In this document: positions 1 to 8,721 of the stretch, one piece after another
How positions within the stretch are numbered: position 1 is the stretch's first letter
Layout: each line of letters opens with the position of its first letter
Notes under the pieces: model-generated
Told to the model about the DNA's origin: nothing
Databases searched by the model: none
Seen by the model: only the letters and a program-made list of their open reading frames with translations
Source: a virus
Reading direction: 5' to 3' (one strand)
IMG/VR virus record: IMGVR_UViG_3300025137_000014
Span: 1 to 64,000 of that record
Length of the DNA: 64,000 nucleotides
Program-made: the position numbers and the translations under genes

Positions 1-117
1 AAAGGTGATATCTTAAAAGCCGCTGGATGGCAGGCTCCTGCTCTCAATGCCGCAAGAGGTAATATCTTTGACGATGATTACACTATACAATGGACAGGTC
101 CTCTTTACTTGAACTAA
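1..117 (+). CDS. C-terminal fragment of a conserved phage hypothetical protein (partial)
   Basis: Open frame from base 1, KGDILKAAGWQAPALNAARGNIFDDDYTIQWTGPLYLN*. The GDILK..W.APA..ARGNI pattern is familiar from T4-like marine phages. Confidence 0.65.
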   Translation, partial: KGDILKAAGWQAPALNAARGNIFDDDYTIQWTGPLYLN

Positions 118-146
118 GGTTTGAGTATACGACTGTGACGAGTTTT

Positions 147-303
147 GAGGGTTGCCCTTGGTTTTTACGTCATTAAATGAATAAAACCCACAGTTCGGGT
201 AGCTTAAACCTAGGCTGGGATACGTAGGGTATCAGGCAATTAAGCAACACTGTAGAGAACGGTGACGGGAGGCCTTTGGCCTCCCTGATCCACTACGGTT
301 CCA
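147..303 (+). ncRNA. Candidate structured non-coding RNA (class unknown)
   Basis: GC-richer intergenic stretch with consecutive stems: GGTTTT160-165/AAAACC183-188; ACAGT190-194/ACTGT249-253 enclosing GCTTAA202-207/TTAAGC240-245 and GATAC219-223/GTATC229-233; GGGAGGCC-TTT-GGCCTCCC 267-285. Strand is assumed from the downstream terminator. Confidence 0.4.
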
Positions 304-336
304 CCTCCATAATAGAACAAAACTAGAACATCCTGT

Positions 337-363
337 GGTAGTTTAGTGTTAAACTACCTTTAT
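337..363 (+). terminator. Intrinsic terminator
   Basis: Perfect 9-bp stem GGTAGTTTA-GTGT-TAAACTACC followed by TTTAT, just before a new promoter. Confidence 0.7.
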
Positions 364-375
364 TATCCTTGTGGA

Positions 376-411
376 AAAACTTGACAATATAGAGAATCAT
401 GCTATTATAAT
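376..411 (+). promoter_or_regulatory. sigma70-type early promoter with GANTC in the spacer
   Basis: AAAAC-TTGACA(381)...GAATC(394-398)-ATGC-TATTAT(403-408). Confidence 0.75.
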
Positions 412-440
412 ACTATATGATAAAGAAAGAGAGAGAAAAT

Positions 441-656
441 ATGACAGTGAAAACACTAGAACAAGCCTTTGCTGATGCGGTAGTTAACCCAGAGAACATT
501 AAGGCTAACGGTAACATCGACTGGAACTATGTTGATGCTGACTGTTATATGGATATGGCAAATGCTAATGATGGTATTACAGTTGATAGTACCAAGTATA
601 TGGAACAATTTAATGCGTTGGCTGACGCTTATTTAAGCCAGAAAGTGAGTATATAA
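441..656 (+). CDS. Hypothetical phage protein
   Basis: ORF from the track. Start moved to ATG 441, downstream of the promoter and a GAGAG SD-like run. Confidence 0.65.
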   Translation: MTVKTLEQAFADAVVNPENIKANGNIDWNYVDADCYMDMANANDGITVDSTKYMEQFNALADAYLSQKVSI

Positions 657-862
657 TGAGTAAAACAGGAGCATGGATCATGGACCTAGAAGAACAATTC
701 TGGGACAAGTGTGTTGACTTTATAAAGAACAATGAAGACGTTTCACTAGCACAAGCAGAAGCGATTGAGTATGCAAAGGATAACCTTTCACACATCGAAG
801 AAGATATCATAGAAGATACTGTTTCCGAAATGTGGAACGACTATTGGGTAAACTATTCATGA
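656..862 (+). CDS. Hypothetical acidic phage protein
   Basis: TAATG-coupled to the upstream ORF. Confidence 0.65.
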   Translation: MSKTGAWIMDLEEQFWDKCVDFIKNNEDVSLAQAEAIEYAKDNLSHIEEDIIEDTVSEMWNDYWVNYS

Positions 863-1032
863 GTACGTTTATGGGTGTTGCAGGTTTAGTCTGCTTAGTA
901 TTAGGTGTTGGGTGTATCGACGGTGGTTATAACGGTGTCCCGATGAATGATAACTGGATTGGTTTCGGGTTGTTTTCCGTTACTGGTATCCTACTTATGT
1001 TTGGTTGTTTAGCTACACAAGAGAGTGATTAA
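859..1032 (+). CDS. Small membrane protein
   Basis: ATGA overlap at 859-862; two hydrophobic segments. Confidence 0.55.
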   Translation: MSTFMGVAGLVCLVLGVGCIDGGYNGVPMNDNWIGFGLFSVTGILLMFGCLATQESD

Positions 1033-1250
1033 TGGGACCGTTCGACTTTAATAAACAATGGGAACGTGCTGATGCACTTAAGCAGTTCATACACCGTCTC
1101 CCTAAAGATATAGACCCGAACTATAGGGCTATGTGGGAACAGAAGCTACAGAACATAGCATGGGACCCAAAGACTTATTACGATAGATACAAATTGATAT
1201 ATTATATTAACGACCACAAAGCAACAATACAATGGAGAGAGAATGCATAA
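1032..1250 (+). CDS. Hypothetical phage protein
   Basis: TAATG-coupled ORF, 72 aa. Confidence 0.6.
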   Translation: MGPFDFNKQWERADALKQFIHRLPKDIDPNYRAMWEQKLQNIAWDPKTYYDRYKLIYYINDHKATIQWRENA

Positions 1251-1593
1251 AGATATAGGTAAGCAGAAGTTCAGAGTAAAGACCCATTACGTCACATGGG
1301 TAGAGTACGATGTCGTAGCTAACTCTAAAGAGGAAGCAGAAGAAGCCGTACTAGAGAACGGTGGCATAGAGAAGGTCCACTATAGAGAAGGGTATCATAA
1401 GGATGAACCTGTTGAGGTCTATGCACAAGACTGGAACTCAGACTATAGCGGTAGCTTATATACAACTAACAAGATAGCAGAGTGTATACCCTATGAAGAC
1501 TCAGACGGTGTAGACTATGACGATTACAATTGGAGTACAGATGAATGGGAATGGAAGAAAGAACACAACGGGACGACTAAAGAAGAAGTCTAA
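1243..1593 (+). CDS. Hypothetical acidic phage protein
   Basis: 116-aa ORF with GGAGAG SD, overlapping the upstream stop. Confidence 0.65.
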   Translation: MHKDIGKQKFRVKTHYVTWVEYDVVANSKEEAEEAVLENGGIEKVHYREGYHKDEPVEVYAQDWNSDYSGSLYTTNKIAECIPYEDSDGVDYDDYNWSTDEWEWKKEHNGTTKEEV

Positions 1594-1741
1594 GTTAACA
1601 GACGTATGGGAAGCACCTGATGGTACACACGTGTCTATAGCAGACATGGACTATCTACTAGAGTGTAACAAGACTAAGGCTAGTGAATGGTTAGAAGGGT
1701 ATCGTAAGTGGAAGCGGACACAGGTACAGGACAAACCCTAA
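1541..1741 (+). CDS. Hypothetical phage protein
   Basis: In-frame ATG at 1541 with GGAG SD; start uncertain. Confidence 0.45.
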   Translation: MNGNGRKNTTGRLKKKSKLTDVWEAPDGTHVSIADMDYLLECNKTKASEWLEGYRKWKRTQVQDKP

Positions 1742-1965
1742 TTGATAGTGCCACGGGTTTTTCCTGGCAACGGTGGCAAATAAAATAAAAACACAATTCC
1801 GGAACTTTTGTATATATAGCGGAAGGTGGCTTGGCCTTAAGGTGGCGTTTGGTCGCAGACCATTTTTTGCTTCTGTTTCTGTATAGGGAACCACTTTTCC
1901 ACACTGGATACTATCCCAAAAAAATTACAGAATATTTTTATTAAACCCTTTCCCTATAGGGCTCC

Positions 1966-1999
1966 AAAACTTGACAAGTGAGTGAGAATCATGTATACT
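1966..1999 (+). promoter_or_regulatory. sigma70-type early promoter with GANTC
   Basis: TTGACA 1971, 17-nt spacer, TATACT 1994; GAATC at 1986-1990. Confidence 0.75.
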
Positions 2000-2019
2000 A
2001 TGTATATCTTAATTAAGGA

Positions 2020-2358
2020 ATGTCCCCTATGATTGTCTCTAATATCTCTAGCTATATCTCTACTAAGTCAACCGCTTTTGCTACTACTATGTATGATAAC
2101 TTCTTATCTAAGCATGATTTAGAACCCGACACTGAATTTGTAAACTTCAAGCATGACTATCTAGTGATTGAACCAGGATTAACTCATTTAGACTTTGCAG
2201 ATTGCTTAACTGAACATGAGTATCGTGAACACGTTAAGACGTATGAAGATGATGCGTTTATGTGTGTACCCTTTCACCCACATAGTCAGTTAGCTATTCT
2301 ACATCACAATAATATGATTGCTGATGAGATATATAATAATCCAAAATACTATCAATAA
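2020..2358 (+). CDS. Hypothetical phage protein
   Basis: 112-aa ORF with AAGGA SD, directly after a promoter. Confidence 0.6.
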   Translation: MSPMIVSNISSYISTKSTAFATTMYDNFLSKHDLEPDTEFVNFKHDYLVIEPGLTHLDFADCLTEHEYREHVKTYEDDAFMCVPFHPHSQLAILHHNNMIADEIYNNPKYYQ

Positions 2359-2390
2359 AAACTTGACAAATACCGAATCAATGTTATATT
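2358..2390 (+). promoter_or_regulatory. sigma70-type early promoter with GANTC
   Basis: TTGACA 2363, CGAATCA 2374-2380, TGT-TATATT 2385. Confidence 0.7.
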
Positions 2391-2420
2391 AATTAAGTAA
2401 TGAGAGAAAGGTTTAACTCA

Positions 2421-2510
2421 ATGAGAATATATGGTATGGCTATAGCATTATATAACTTTCGTATAGCAAGAGAAAAGCGAATTATCGAACTACTAAGGAG
2501 TGTAGAATAA
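2421..2510 (+). CDS. Small hypothetical protein (29 aa, below the ORF-track cutoff)
   Basis: MRIYGMAIALYNFRIAREKRIIELLRSVE*; GAGAGAAAGG SD; TAATG-coupled to the next gene. Confidence 0.45.
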   Translation: MRIYGMAIALYNFRIAREKRIIELLRSVE

Positions 2511-2890
2511 TGTGGGTATGTGAGAATTTAAGTTCAGTAGTTGATAAGCTAGATGAAAGTATTCCGCTAGAGGGTCAAGTTCATTCAGTTAATAAGAATA
2601 AACGACTAGAGCGACTACGTAAAGCAGGGAATGTAGTGCATGATATATTCAATAACGGATTATGTAATAGGGGTCGGGAACTACGTGTTCTAGGCTTACG
2701 TAAGGATGATTTACCATTACCTGAATATCGTTATGGGTATTATCATGAAGGTCGATGGGATCGAATTCGTGAGATAGTATCACCGATTATGGAACAGATT
2801 ATCCTTGATGCGGCTGTAGAACAGAATATCTCACTAGAGTTGATACCAGATAGTTCAACAGGTCGTTTCGAATTGTCGGTGGTTCAATAA
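2510..2890 (+). CDS. Hypothetical phage protein
   Basis: 126-aa ORF with AAGGAG SD. Confidence 0.7.
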   Translation: MWVCENLSSVVDKLDESIPLEGQVHSVNKNKRLERLRKAGNVVHDIFNNGLCNRGRELRVLGLRKDDLPLPEYRYGYYHEGRWDRIREIVSPIMEQIILDAAVEQNISLELIPDSSTGRFELSVVQ

Positions 2891-2973
2891 TGTGGTTCTG
2901 GAGTTTGATAGGGTACACAGTGTTATTCGCCGGTGTATGGATGTTAGGAGAGTGGTTAGCACATGTATTCTAA
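2890..2973 (+). CDS. Small single-pass membrane peptide (27 aa)
   Basis: MWFWSLIGYTVLFAGVWMLGEWLAHVF*; TAATG-coupled. Confidence 0.45.
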   Translation: MWFWSLIGYTVLFAGVWMLGEWLAHVF

Positions 2974-3195
2974 GGTGATTGCCAAATTTATACGTGGGTA
3001 TGGGTATCTACAATATTGTTGTGGTAGATATAAGATGATGAAATTAGTTAAACGTGAACTACGGAGGACAAGACAACAATAAATTATATATGCAGTTATT
3101 ACAAGATTTAAAAATTTTCCGAAAGAAAAAGAGTTTCCGCGACGCCTTTTTCGGAGAAGACAAGCGACTTAAACAAACTAACAGAGAGGTAGTAA

Positions 3196-3507
3196 ATGAG
3201 TAACTTAAAAATGCAAGACAGGTACGAAAGAAACGAAGAGGACGATTACGGTCCATCATATAAACAAATGAAGATGTTCCTACAGTTTTCTAAGATAGAA
3301 GACTCACAAGGGAACCCTAAGCCACTTACGTCAGTTCTAACTGATGATAACAAACGTGTACGTGTAACACTTGAACAAGCACGTAAGATGAAAGCACTAG
3401 AGCAAACTATTGAAAAGCCGTTCGACAAGCAACACTTTGCCGATACCATTCAATACGAGAAAGGGCTACGTGCTTGGTTGAAATCTCCTGTACTGGAAAT
3501 GTTGTAA
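3196..3507 (+). CDS. Hypothetical phage protein
   Basis: 103-aa ORF with GAGAGG SD. Confidence 0.7.
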   Translation: MSNLKMQDRYERNEEDDYGPSYKQMKMFLQFSKIEDSQGNPKPLTSVLTDDNKRVRVTLEQARKMKALEQTIEKPFDKQHFADTIQYEKGLRAWLKSPVLEML

Positions 3508-3538
3508 AACTTGACAGAATAGAGAATCATGTTATACT
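3506..3538 (+). promoter_or_regulatory. sigma70-type early promoter with GANTC
   Basis: TTGACA 3511, GAATC 3524-3528, TGT-TATACT 3533. Confidence 0.75.
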
Positions 3539-3571
3539 GTAAGTATAGTTAATTAAAGAGAGGTTAATAAA

Positions 3572-3865
3572 ATGAATAAAGAATTAGAAAATGCAATTAT
3601 CGCCCTAGGGCGTATTAAGTCTTCTGGTGACTTATCAGTACTAGCAGACCATTTTCGTAGACACCAAACATATCTAGGCAAGCAAAATAGTGCAGGTCTT
3701 AAGATTGGTGATACAATCGAATGGGAGTATCGTGGGGTACTCAAGCAAGGCGTTATTACTAAGAACAATCGTTCAACAGTAGATGTATCTAACGCAGGTA
3801 ATAACCCAATCTTTCGAGGTAATACTCGACTACATAAATCAATGATAACACGAAAGGTAGCTTAG
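3572..3865 (+). CDS. Hypothetical phage protein (possible SH3-like small beta barrel)
   Basis: GAGAGG SD; LKIGDTIEW...GVITK...TVDV pattern. Confidence 0.65.
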   Translation: MNKELENAIIALGRIKSSGDLSVLADHFRRHQTYLGKQNSAGLKIGDTIEWEYRGVLKQGVITKNNRSTVDVSNAGNNPIFRGNTRLHKSMITRKVA

Positions 3866-3866
3866 A

Positions 3867-4169
3867 ATGACTAATCTATATATGTTAGACCACGTAGATG
3901 GTAACTTTAACGGAGACAATATGTCTGATAACATCATTGTTGACCATCAATTTGGTGACACTGATGGAATGAGTATCAGTACTGTTGACTTCTCAACTGT
4001 CAAAGTAATGAATGTAGAAGGCATCGATTGGACTGATGCTCCTAAATTCTGTGATGCTTATATTAGTGAGGCTGAAATCGATGGCGTAGAAGCCACTGAT
4101 GAACAGTTGGAAGAGATTAATAATAACGGTGAGTTCCTGCTTGATGCAGTGTACGACTATATCTATTAA
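3867..4169 (+). CDS. Hypothetical acidic phage protein
   Basis: 100-aa ORF; its C-terminal VEGIDWTDAPKFCDAYISEAE...EQLEEIN pattern is common in marine phages. Confidence 0.65.
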   Translation: MTNLYMLDHVDGNFNGDNMSDNIIVDHQFGDTDGMSISTVDFSTVKVMNVEGIDWTDAPKFCDAYISEAEIDGVEATDEQLEEINNNGEFLLDAVYDYIY

Positions 4170-4330
4170 TGGAATCGCTTCAAGTATTTTGGGAAACACT
4201 TCAACCCTTAATCATTACCGGGATAACTGTTGGTGTTGTACTAGCAGTTATAGTCGGCTCTATTAAATTCGGTTGGCGATATGCGCCCTGGATTGTTCTA
4301 TTAGGACTAATAATTTTATTCCTAAACTAA
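4169..4330 (+). CDS. Small two-TM membrane protein (53 aa, missed by the track)
   Basis: MESLQVFWETLQPLIITGITVGVVLAVIVGSIKFGWRYAPWIVLLGLIILFLN*; TAATG-coupled. Confidence 0.65.
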   Translation: MESLQVFWETLQPLIITGITVGVVLAVIVGSIKFGWRYAPWIVLLGLIILFLN

Positions 4331-4340
4331 ATAGCGAGGT

Positions 4341-4820
4341 ATGAAAATGATAATTCGAAATATATTCGTAGGGATCCTGCTACTTACTGTGTGGGGTTTA
4401 ATTATATCTGGTACGGTCTCAATGGCTAACGCACAGATGGTAGACAATGCACCTATGGATTTAAACCCAACAGAAAAACCAGATGTAGAGTTAACTCCTG
4501 ATGGTCCAGACACAGTTGAAGTTAAACTACTTTGTCGTTTTGTGGGTACATTAGAATTTGCAACGGCTATGTACATACTTCCAAAACTTGGACGTGCAAG
4601 TATCAAGCCATTAACAGACAAATATTCGGCACTACCTTGGGTACCAGTACATCTACAACCAAGCAATGACGGTACTGAATATCGTTTATGGTTACAGTTA
4701 GATGGTGGCTTTATGGTATTTGCAGTTAATAGGCAAACTCTAGCCTATTCAGTTTTACAATCAATCGATATGGGCGGCAGACAACTGTATACAGGCGGTG
4801 AATGTCAGATTGTAAAATAA
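4341..4820 (+). CDS. Hypothetical membrane-anchored or exported protein
   Basis: GAGG SD; hydrophobic N-terminus. Confidence 0.65.
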   Translation: MKMIIRNIFVGILLLTVWGLIISGTVSMANAQMVDNAPMDLNPTEKPDVELTPDGPDTVEVKLLCRFVGTLEFATAMYILPKLGRASIKPLTDKYSALPWVPVHLQPSNDGTEYRLWLQLDGGFMVFAVNRQTLAYSVLQSIDMGGRQLYTGGECQIVK

Positions 4821-4829
4821 ATATAGTAT

Positions 4830-5048
4830 ATGAAGATAATATACAATAATCAACTAATAGACGTAGACGAGTTAAGTGGAATAATGACCGAAGATGAACT
4901 TATACACTTAATAGAAGTATTTGGATTTCCTGGTTGGGCATCACCGGGTTTCTATCGTTGTGTAGAATTAGGTTTTATTGAAGAAGGTCTTGATGAATGG
5001 GATTACATTCATGCTTATATAGAACGTGACCCGGCTACTCTACATTAA
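4830..5048 (+). CDS. Hypothetical acidic phage protein
   Basis: 72-aa ORF. Confidence 0.6.
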   Translation: MKIIYNNQLIDVDELSGIMTEDELIHLIEVFGFPGWASPGFYRCVELGFIEEGLDEWDYIHAYIERDPATLH

Positions 5049-6049
5049 AAGTTACGTTGTAAAGTTTTAGCAAACCCACGATTAATCTCAGAACCCCAAT
5101 GCGGAGCCCAGAACTTTGGGTCTCTTTTTTTATAATTGCTGATATCTCTAGCACAACACTTGTTAATGTAAAACCATTTTGCTTTTTCAGTTAGACTATC
5201 AAAGTCTCCTGTAGTAAACCACTTATCGAATTGTGATTTAAAGTCTCCGGGTATTGTAACATTAGCTTTGTCAAATATAGAACCAGTACTTGGATTATAC
5301 ATATCACTCATAGATATCTCAGCAAGAGGTATTTTACGTTCTCTGCATATCAATTTGATTGCAACACGGTATTGATTAATTAAGTAGATGCTATGTGGGT
5401 TATCTAAGCATAGACTTTTACTTAACTTAGGATGAACTTCATTTAGTTTACGTGTAAACCATTCGCCCTCATAGTTAAAACTAATCTTATCTTCACTAAG
5501 TCTTAAATCATGTCTTAGCCATTTTTCCGCTTCATATGGCTCTCTAGTATCTCCGTAACGCCAGACAGATGTATGTCTAACAGTATTAGGCCACATAATT
5601 GCTATACCCTTACAAGTGTCATATGTATTTAAAAAATTTAAGATATTATTATATGTGGTAGTAATAGAACCACCTTCTGCACCATAATTTAAACATGGGA
5701 AACCTGTGTATGTCTTTAGAAAATAAGGCACAGTTTCTTCAACATGATTGCCTGCACCGAAAACGTGAGAACAACCAAACACTGCAACTGAACGTGCTAC
5801 ATTTTGTTGGTCAGTATCAATTTCTCTAAACCCTATATCATTATAGTAATACTCTATTGGCTTTTTGGATACATGATAAGTCCAACTTTCACCTATTGCA
5901 TCAGAACTTTCTAAGTGATTTGACTTTTCATAGTCATTCATATATTGTTTTGTAACTTTAAAATCACCATTTGCCATCCAATCTATTCCTAGATTTTGTA
6001 TTGTGATAGGATCATCAAAGTTTAAACCTATTTTAATTTCTCTGGGCAT
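5045..6049 (-). CDS. SGNH/GDSL-hydrolase-like protein
   Basis: YYYNDIGFRE, block I VFGCSHVFG, block II NYGAEGGS, C-terminal PHWG. Confidence 0.65.
   Translation of the reverse strand: MPREIKIGLNFDDPITIQNLGIDWMANGDFKVTKQYMNDYEKSNHLESSDAIGESWTYHVSKKPIEYYYNDIGFREIDTDQQNVARSVAVFGCSHVFGAGNHVEETVPYFLKTYTGFPCLNYGAEGGSITTTYNNILNFLNTYDTCKGIAIMWPNTVRHTSVWRYGDTREPYEAEKWLRHDLRLSEDKISFNYEGEWFTRKLNEVHPKLSKSLCLDNPHSIYLINQYRVAIKLICRERKIPLAEISMSDMYNPSTGSIFDKANVTIPGDFKSQFDKWFTTGDFDSLTEKAKWFYINKCCARDISNYKKRDPKFWAPHWGSEINRGFAKTLQRNF
5104..5131 (+). terminator. Possible intrinsic terminator inside the 3' end of the convergent gene
   Basis: GAGCCCAG-AACT-TTGGGTCTC followed by T7. Confidence 0.4.
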
Positions 6050-7301
6050 ATAATTCTAACCATTTTTTTATATAGATTTTATTAGTAACTTCACCCCAAT
6101 GTCCACCTTGAGGCCCGTTCTTATCTGTATAAGATACTACGTCCCTACATTTGACACGATTTATAATATACAACTGTTCTTTACTAAGAGTACCATCTGG
6201 ATTATTATAGTCTGACCACTTCTTATCATTACTTTCCATACAACCTAGTACTATATCCTTATATACTTCTGGTACACATTCACTTAAAACAAATGGGTTC
6301 TCAGGGTTAACATCCTCAGTCCACATCCAGGCTGGCCAGTCTGCACGTAACTCGTAAACTCTTTCATCGCCCATGATAGCATGAATGGTTTCTTGTGCAA
6401 GTGTTCGTCTATAATACATTTCAGGGTTTGGAAGAAAGTCGTGTTGGTGTACTAGTAAATGTTCCCACATTTTATTTGGACCAATATGGTCTCGGTAGTT
6501 TTTAGGTGTGCATTGTCCCGGCAACAAATCGGCTCTGTGCCAAACAGAATCAGAATACGAACCCTCTGCATCATATCCTTCTCGTTGATAACCTACGTTC
6601 TTTGTAAACCTATAAGGGTAAGTCCATAGAACAAATATACCTTTTGGTTTACCATATTTTCTACATAGATGAACAAAATTATGCATGATAGTATCATTGC
6701 CAGTTCCACCTACGGATAAATTAATTACTGGTGCATTTAATTTTACTGATAGATTTTCTCCCATCGTTTCATTCATATACTGACCTATGCCAAATGTATG
6801 TGAGCAACCTGTAATGACATAACTATTCTTCCAATCTACATCATCAAAGTCAGTATCACATCTAAATCCTTGTTTGTTAAGACGATATTCAATAGGTACA
6901 TTATAATATTTCCACTGTTCTCCGATATGCTTTTTCATGTTTTCAGTTTTATCATCTGAATCATGTCCCATGAATCCAGTAGTCCAATAAGGTTTGCCTT
7001 TAGAGAAATGTTGCGACCATTTTAAAGGAGTAGCAGGTACTCCTGAATGGGCATCAAATCCTGGATTGCTATTAGTCATGCCCATTGGATCATTCGACTT
7101 ATTAGGAAATATATATTCAGATGGATGTGTAGTATTAACAGAACTTCTCCACCCTAAATCAAACTGATCCATTGGGGTATCGTTAACACCGTCCCAATTA
7201 TTAATTCTCATATATTCCCATGGTAGTTTACCCTTCTTTTCGGTCCACTTATCTTTTTCTTTTTCTACTAACTGTTTTCTTTTTTTATAGAATTCTGACA
7301 T
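6033..7301 (-). CDS. SGNH/GDSL-hydrolase-like protein (paralog)
   Basis: YRLNKQGFRC, ITGCSHTFG, NLSVGGTGN, GGHWG. Confidence 0.65.
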   Translation of the reverse strand: MSEFYKKRKQLVEKEKDKWTEKKGKLPWEYMRINNWDGVNDTPMDQFDLGWRSSVNTTHPSEYIFPNKSNDPMGMTNSNPGFDAHSGVPATPLKWSQHFSKGKPYWTTGFMGHDSDDKTENMKKHIGEQWKYYNVPIEYRLNKQGFRCDTDFDDVDWKNSYVITGCSHTFGIGQYMNETMGENLSVKLNAPVINLSVGGTGNDTIMHNFVHLCRKYGKPKGIFVLWTYPYRFTKNVGYQREGYDAEGSYSDSVWHRADLLPGQCTPKNYRDHIGPNKMWEHLLVHQHDFLPNPEMYYRRTLAQETIHAIMGDERVYELRADWPAWMWTEDVNPENPFVLSECVPEVYKDIVLGCMESNDKKWSDYNNPDGTLSKEQLYIINRVKCRDVVSYTDKNGPQGGHWGEVTNKIYIKKWLELYAQRN

Positions 7302-7306
7302 TACTA

Positions 7307-7340
7307 AATCCTTGACAAATTATACGAATCATACTATAAT
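7307..7340 (+). promoter_or_regulatory. sigma70-type early promoter with GANTC
   Basis: TTGACA 7312, 17-nt spacer, TATAAT 7335; CGAATCA 7325-7331. Confidence 0.8.
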
Positions 7341-7348
7341 GTATTTAT
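7341..7348 (-). promoter_or_regulatory. Putative gp55-type late promoter (ATAAATAC)
   Basis: Lies 39 nt upstream of the 7301 start; resembles T4 TATAAATA. Confidence 0.4.
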
Positions 7349-7372
7349 GTTCGTAGTTAAAAAGGAATCTAA

Positions 7373-7765
7373 ATGACACCGGTACTTTATATACTAATGC
7401 GTAATGACTTAGATAGTCTTAACCCTGGAAAAGCAATGGCGCAAGCCTCACATGCTAGTAACCAGTTTGTACATAACTTTGCCCAAGGAACAGATACAGA
7501 ATTATATAACATGTGGTCTAATGAGACTACACAGGGTTTTGGGACAGTTCTTGTTCTAAGTGTTAATGAAACACAATTACAATCTTCTATTATGATGGCA
7601 GAGAAACATCTATCACATTGTGGAATAGTACATGACCCAACTTATCCTATTCAAGACGGAGAAGTAGTACATCACATACCACTTGATACCTGTGGTTATG
7701 TATTTGGTGACAAGGAAGATCCAGTTATTAATGCAATCTTAGGTTTGTTTCCATTACATGCATAA
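7373..7765 (+). CDS. Peptidyl-tRNA hydrolase type 2 (PTH2-like)
   Basis: LYILMRNDL...NPGKAMAQASHA matches the PTH2 signature GK..AQ..HA; 130-aa size fits. Confidence 0.75.
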   Translation: MTPVLYILMRNDLDSLNPGKAMAQASHASNQFVHNFAQGTDTELYNMWSNETTQGFGTVLVLSVNETQLQSSIMMAEKHLSHCGIVHDPTYPIQDGEVVHHIPLDTCGYVFGDKEDPVINAILGLFPLHA

Positions 7766-7798
7766 ACTTGACAACTATGAAAAAGGTGTTATTATAAT
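7764..7798 (+). promoter_or_regulatory. sigma70-type promoter without GANTC
   Basis: AAAC-TTGACA 7768, TGT-TATTAT 7790. Confidence 0.65.
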
Positions 7799-7801
7799 AT
7801 T

Positions 7802-8629
7802 ATGATTAATTCAGCAGAGGTATACGATATGGAACATATAGGTGGTAAGCACACGCATTTTGAACGGAACGTACTTTATCACCACAAGTATAATTTCCAG
7901 TTAGATAACTCAGGTGTTGACTATAAAGAAATCAAAGAACGTGAAGACATTGGATTTACACGTGAGCAAATTGTTGCGGCGTCTATTGTTGCAGATAGTT
8001 TTAATGAAGGTACATATGTAAAAGCACAAGGTGGTGTTTTTGATTTTGCTGAAACAAAAGAAGGTAGTCGATATCTTCAAATGAAAATTCCTAACAAAGA
8101 TATTCTTATAGGTATTCTACATTTGTATCCACATTTAATTGAAGACAAGCACATTGAAAGTGCTAAAGCAATTATTAAAGAACTAGAAATGGATTTCATG
8201 TTTAAGATTATGTCAGAGAACATGAGCGAATTTGAAAGTGGCATTGCAAGTATACTTGCAACTACAGACAAACTACCAAAGCAATATTGGGGTGTAGCCG
8301 CTTATCTACCAACTTATGCAGTTAAGAAAGTATGGGAACGGGAAGTTACTGACCGTAGTGAAAACTCAGTACACATAACATCAACACGCAATGATGGTAA
8401 AGTGTTTATGGATATTACAGTATTGAAATCGAATGCAAGCCAATCATTCCCTGGTTTCAATGTGTCTGCAATCTCTAGTGAAGGTAATCGTGTTAGTTTC
8501 TTTAGTACCAAAGAATATTGGGAAGTAGATAAAGAATTTACTATTACTGCTAAAGTAAAAAGTCACGGTAATGTTTGGAATCAAGAACACATACCAGAGA
8601 CAAGGTTGAATTACGTAAAGGCTTTATGA
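7802..8629 (+). CDS. Conserved phage hypothetical protein (possible C-terminal OB-like fold)
   Basis: 275-aa ORF; C-terminal FTITAKVKSH...ETRLNYVK pattern. Confidence 0.7.
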   Translation: MINSAEVYDMEHIGGKHTHFERNVLYHHKYNFQLDNSGVDYKEIKEREDIGFTREQIVAASIVADSFNEGTYVKAQGGVFDFAETKEGSRYLQMKIPNKDILIGILHLYPHLIEDKHIESAKAIIKELEMDFMFKIMSENMSEFESGIASILATTDKLPKQYWGVAAYLPTYAVKKVWEREVTDRSENSVHITSTRNDGKVFMDITVLKSNASQSFPGFNVSAISSEGNRVSFFSTKEYWEVDKEFTITAKVKSHGNVWNQEHIPETRLNYVKAL

Positions 8630-8721
8630 TTCCATTACTACTTACTCTTTGTTATATAGGAGCCATATATGGGTTCGTATGTTTACTATTATTGATTTGG
8701 AATAATGAAGATGTCAAATGA
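8626..8721 (+). CDS. Small membrane peptide (31 aa)
   Basis: MIPLLLTLCYIGAIYGFVCLLLLIWNNEDVK*; ATGA overlaps at both ends. Confidence 0.45.
   Translation: MIPLLLTLCYIGAIYGFVCLLLLIWNNEDVK

Noticed and set aside
118-363. tRNA, tmRNA, SRP or RNase P gene
   Set aside because: No T-loop GTTCRA with cloverleaf spacing and none of the conserved motifs of those RNAs; kept only as an unknown structured RNA.
3036-3203. Short ORFs upstream of 3196 (for example 3090-3203, 37 aa)
   Set aside because: No clear SD and no recognisable motif; not enough support to list.
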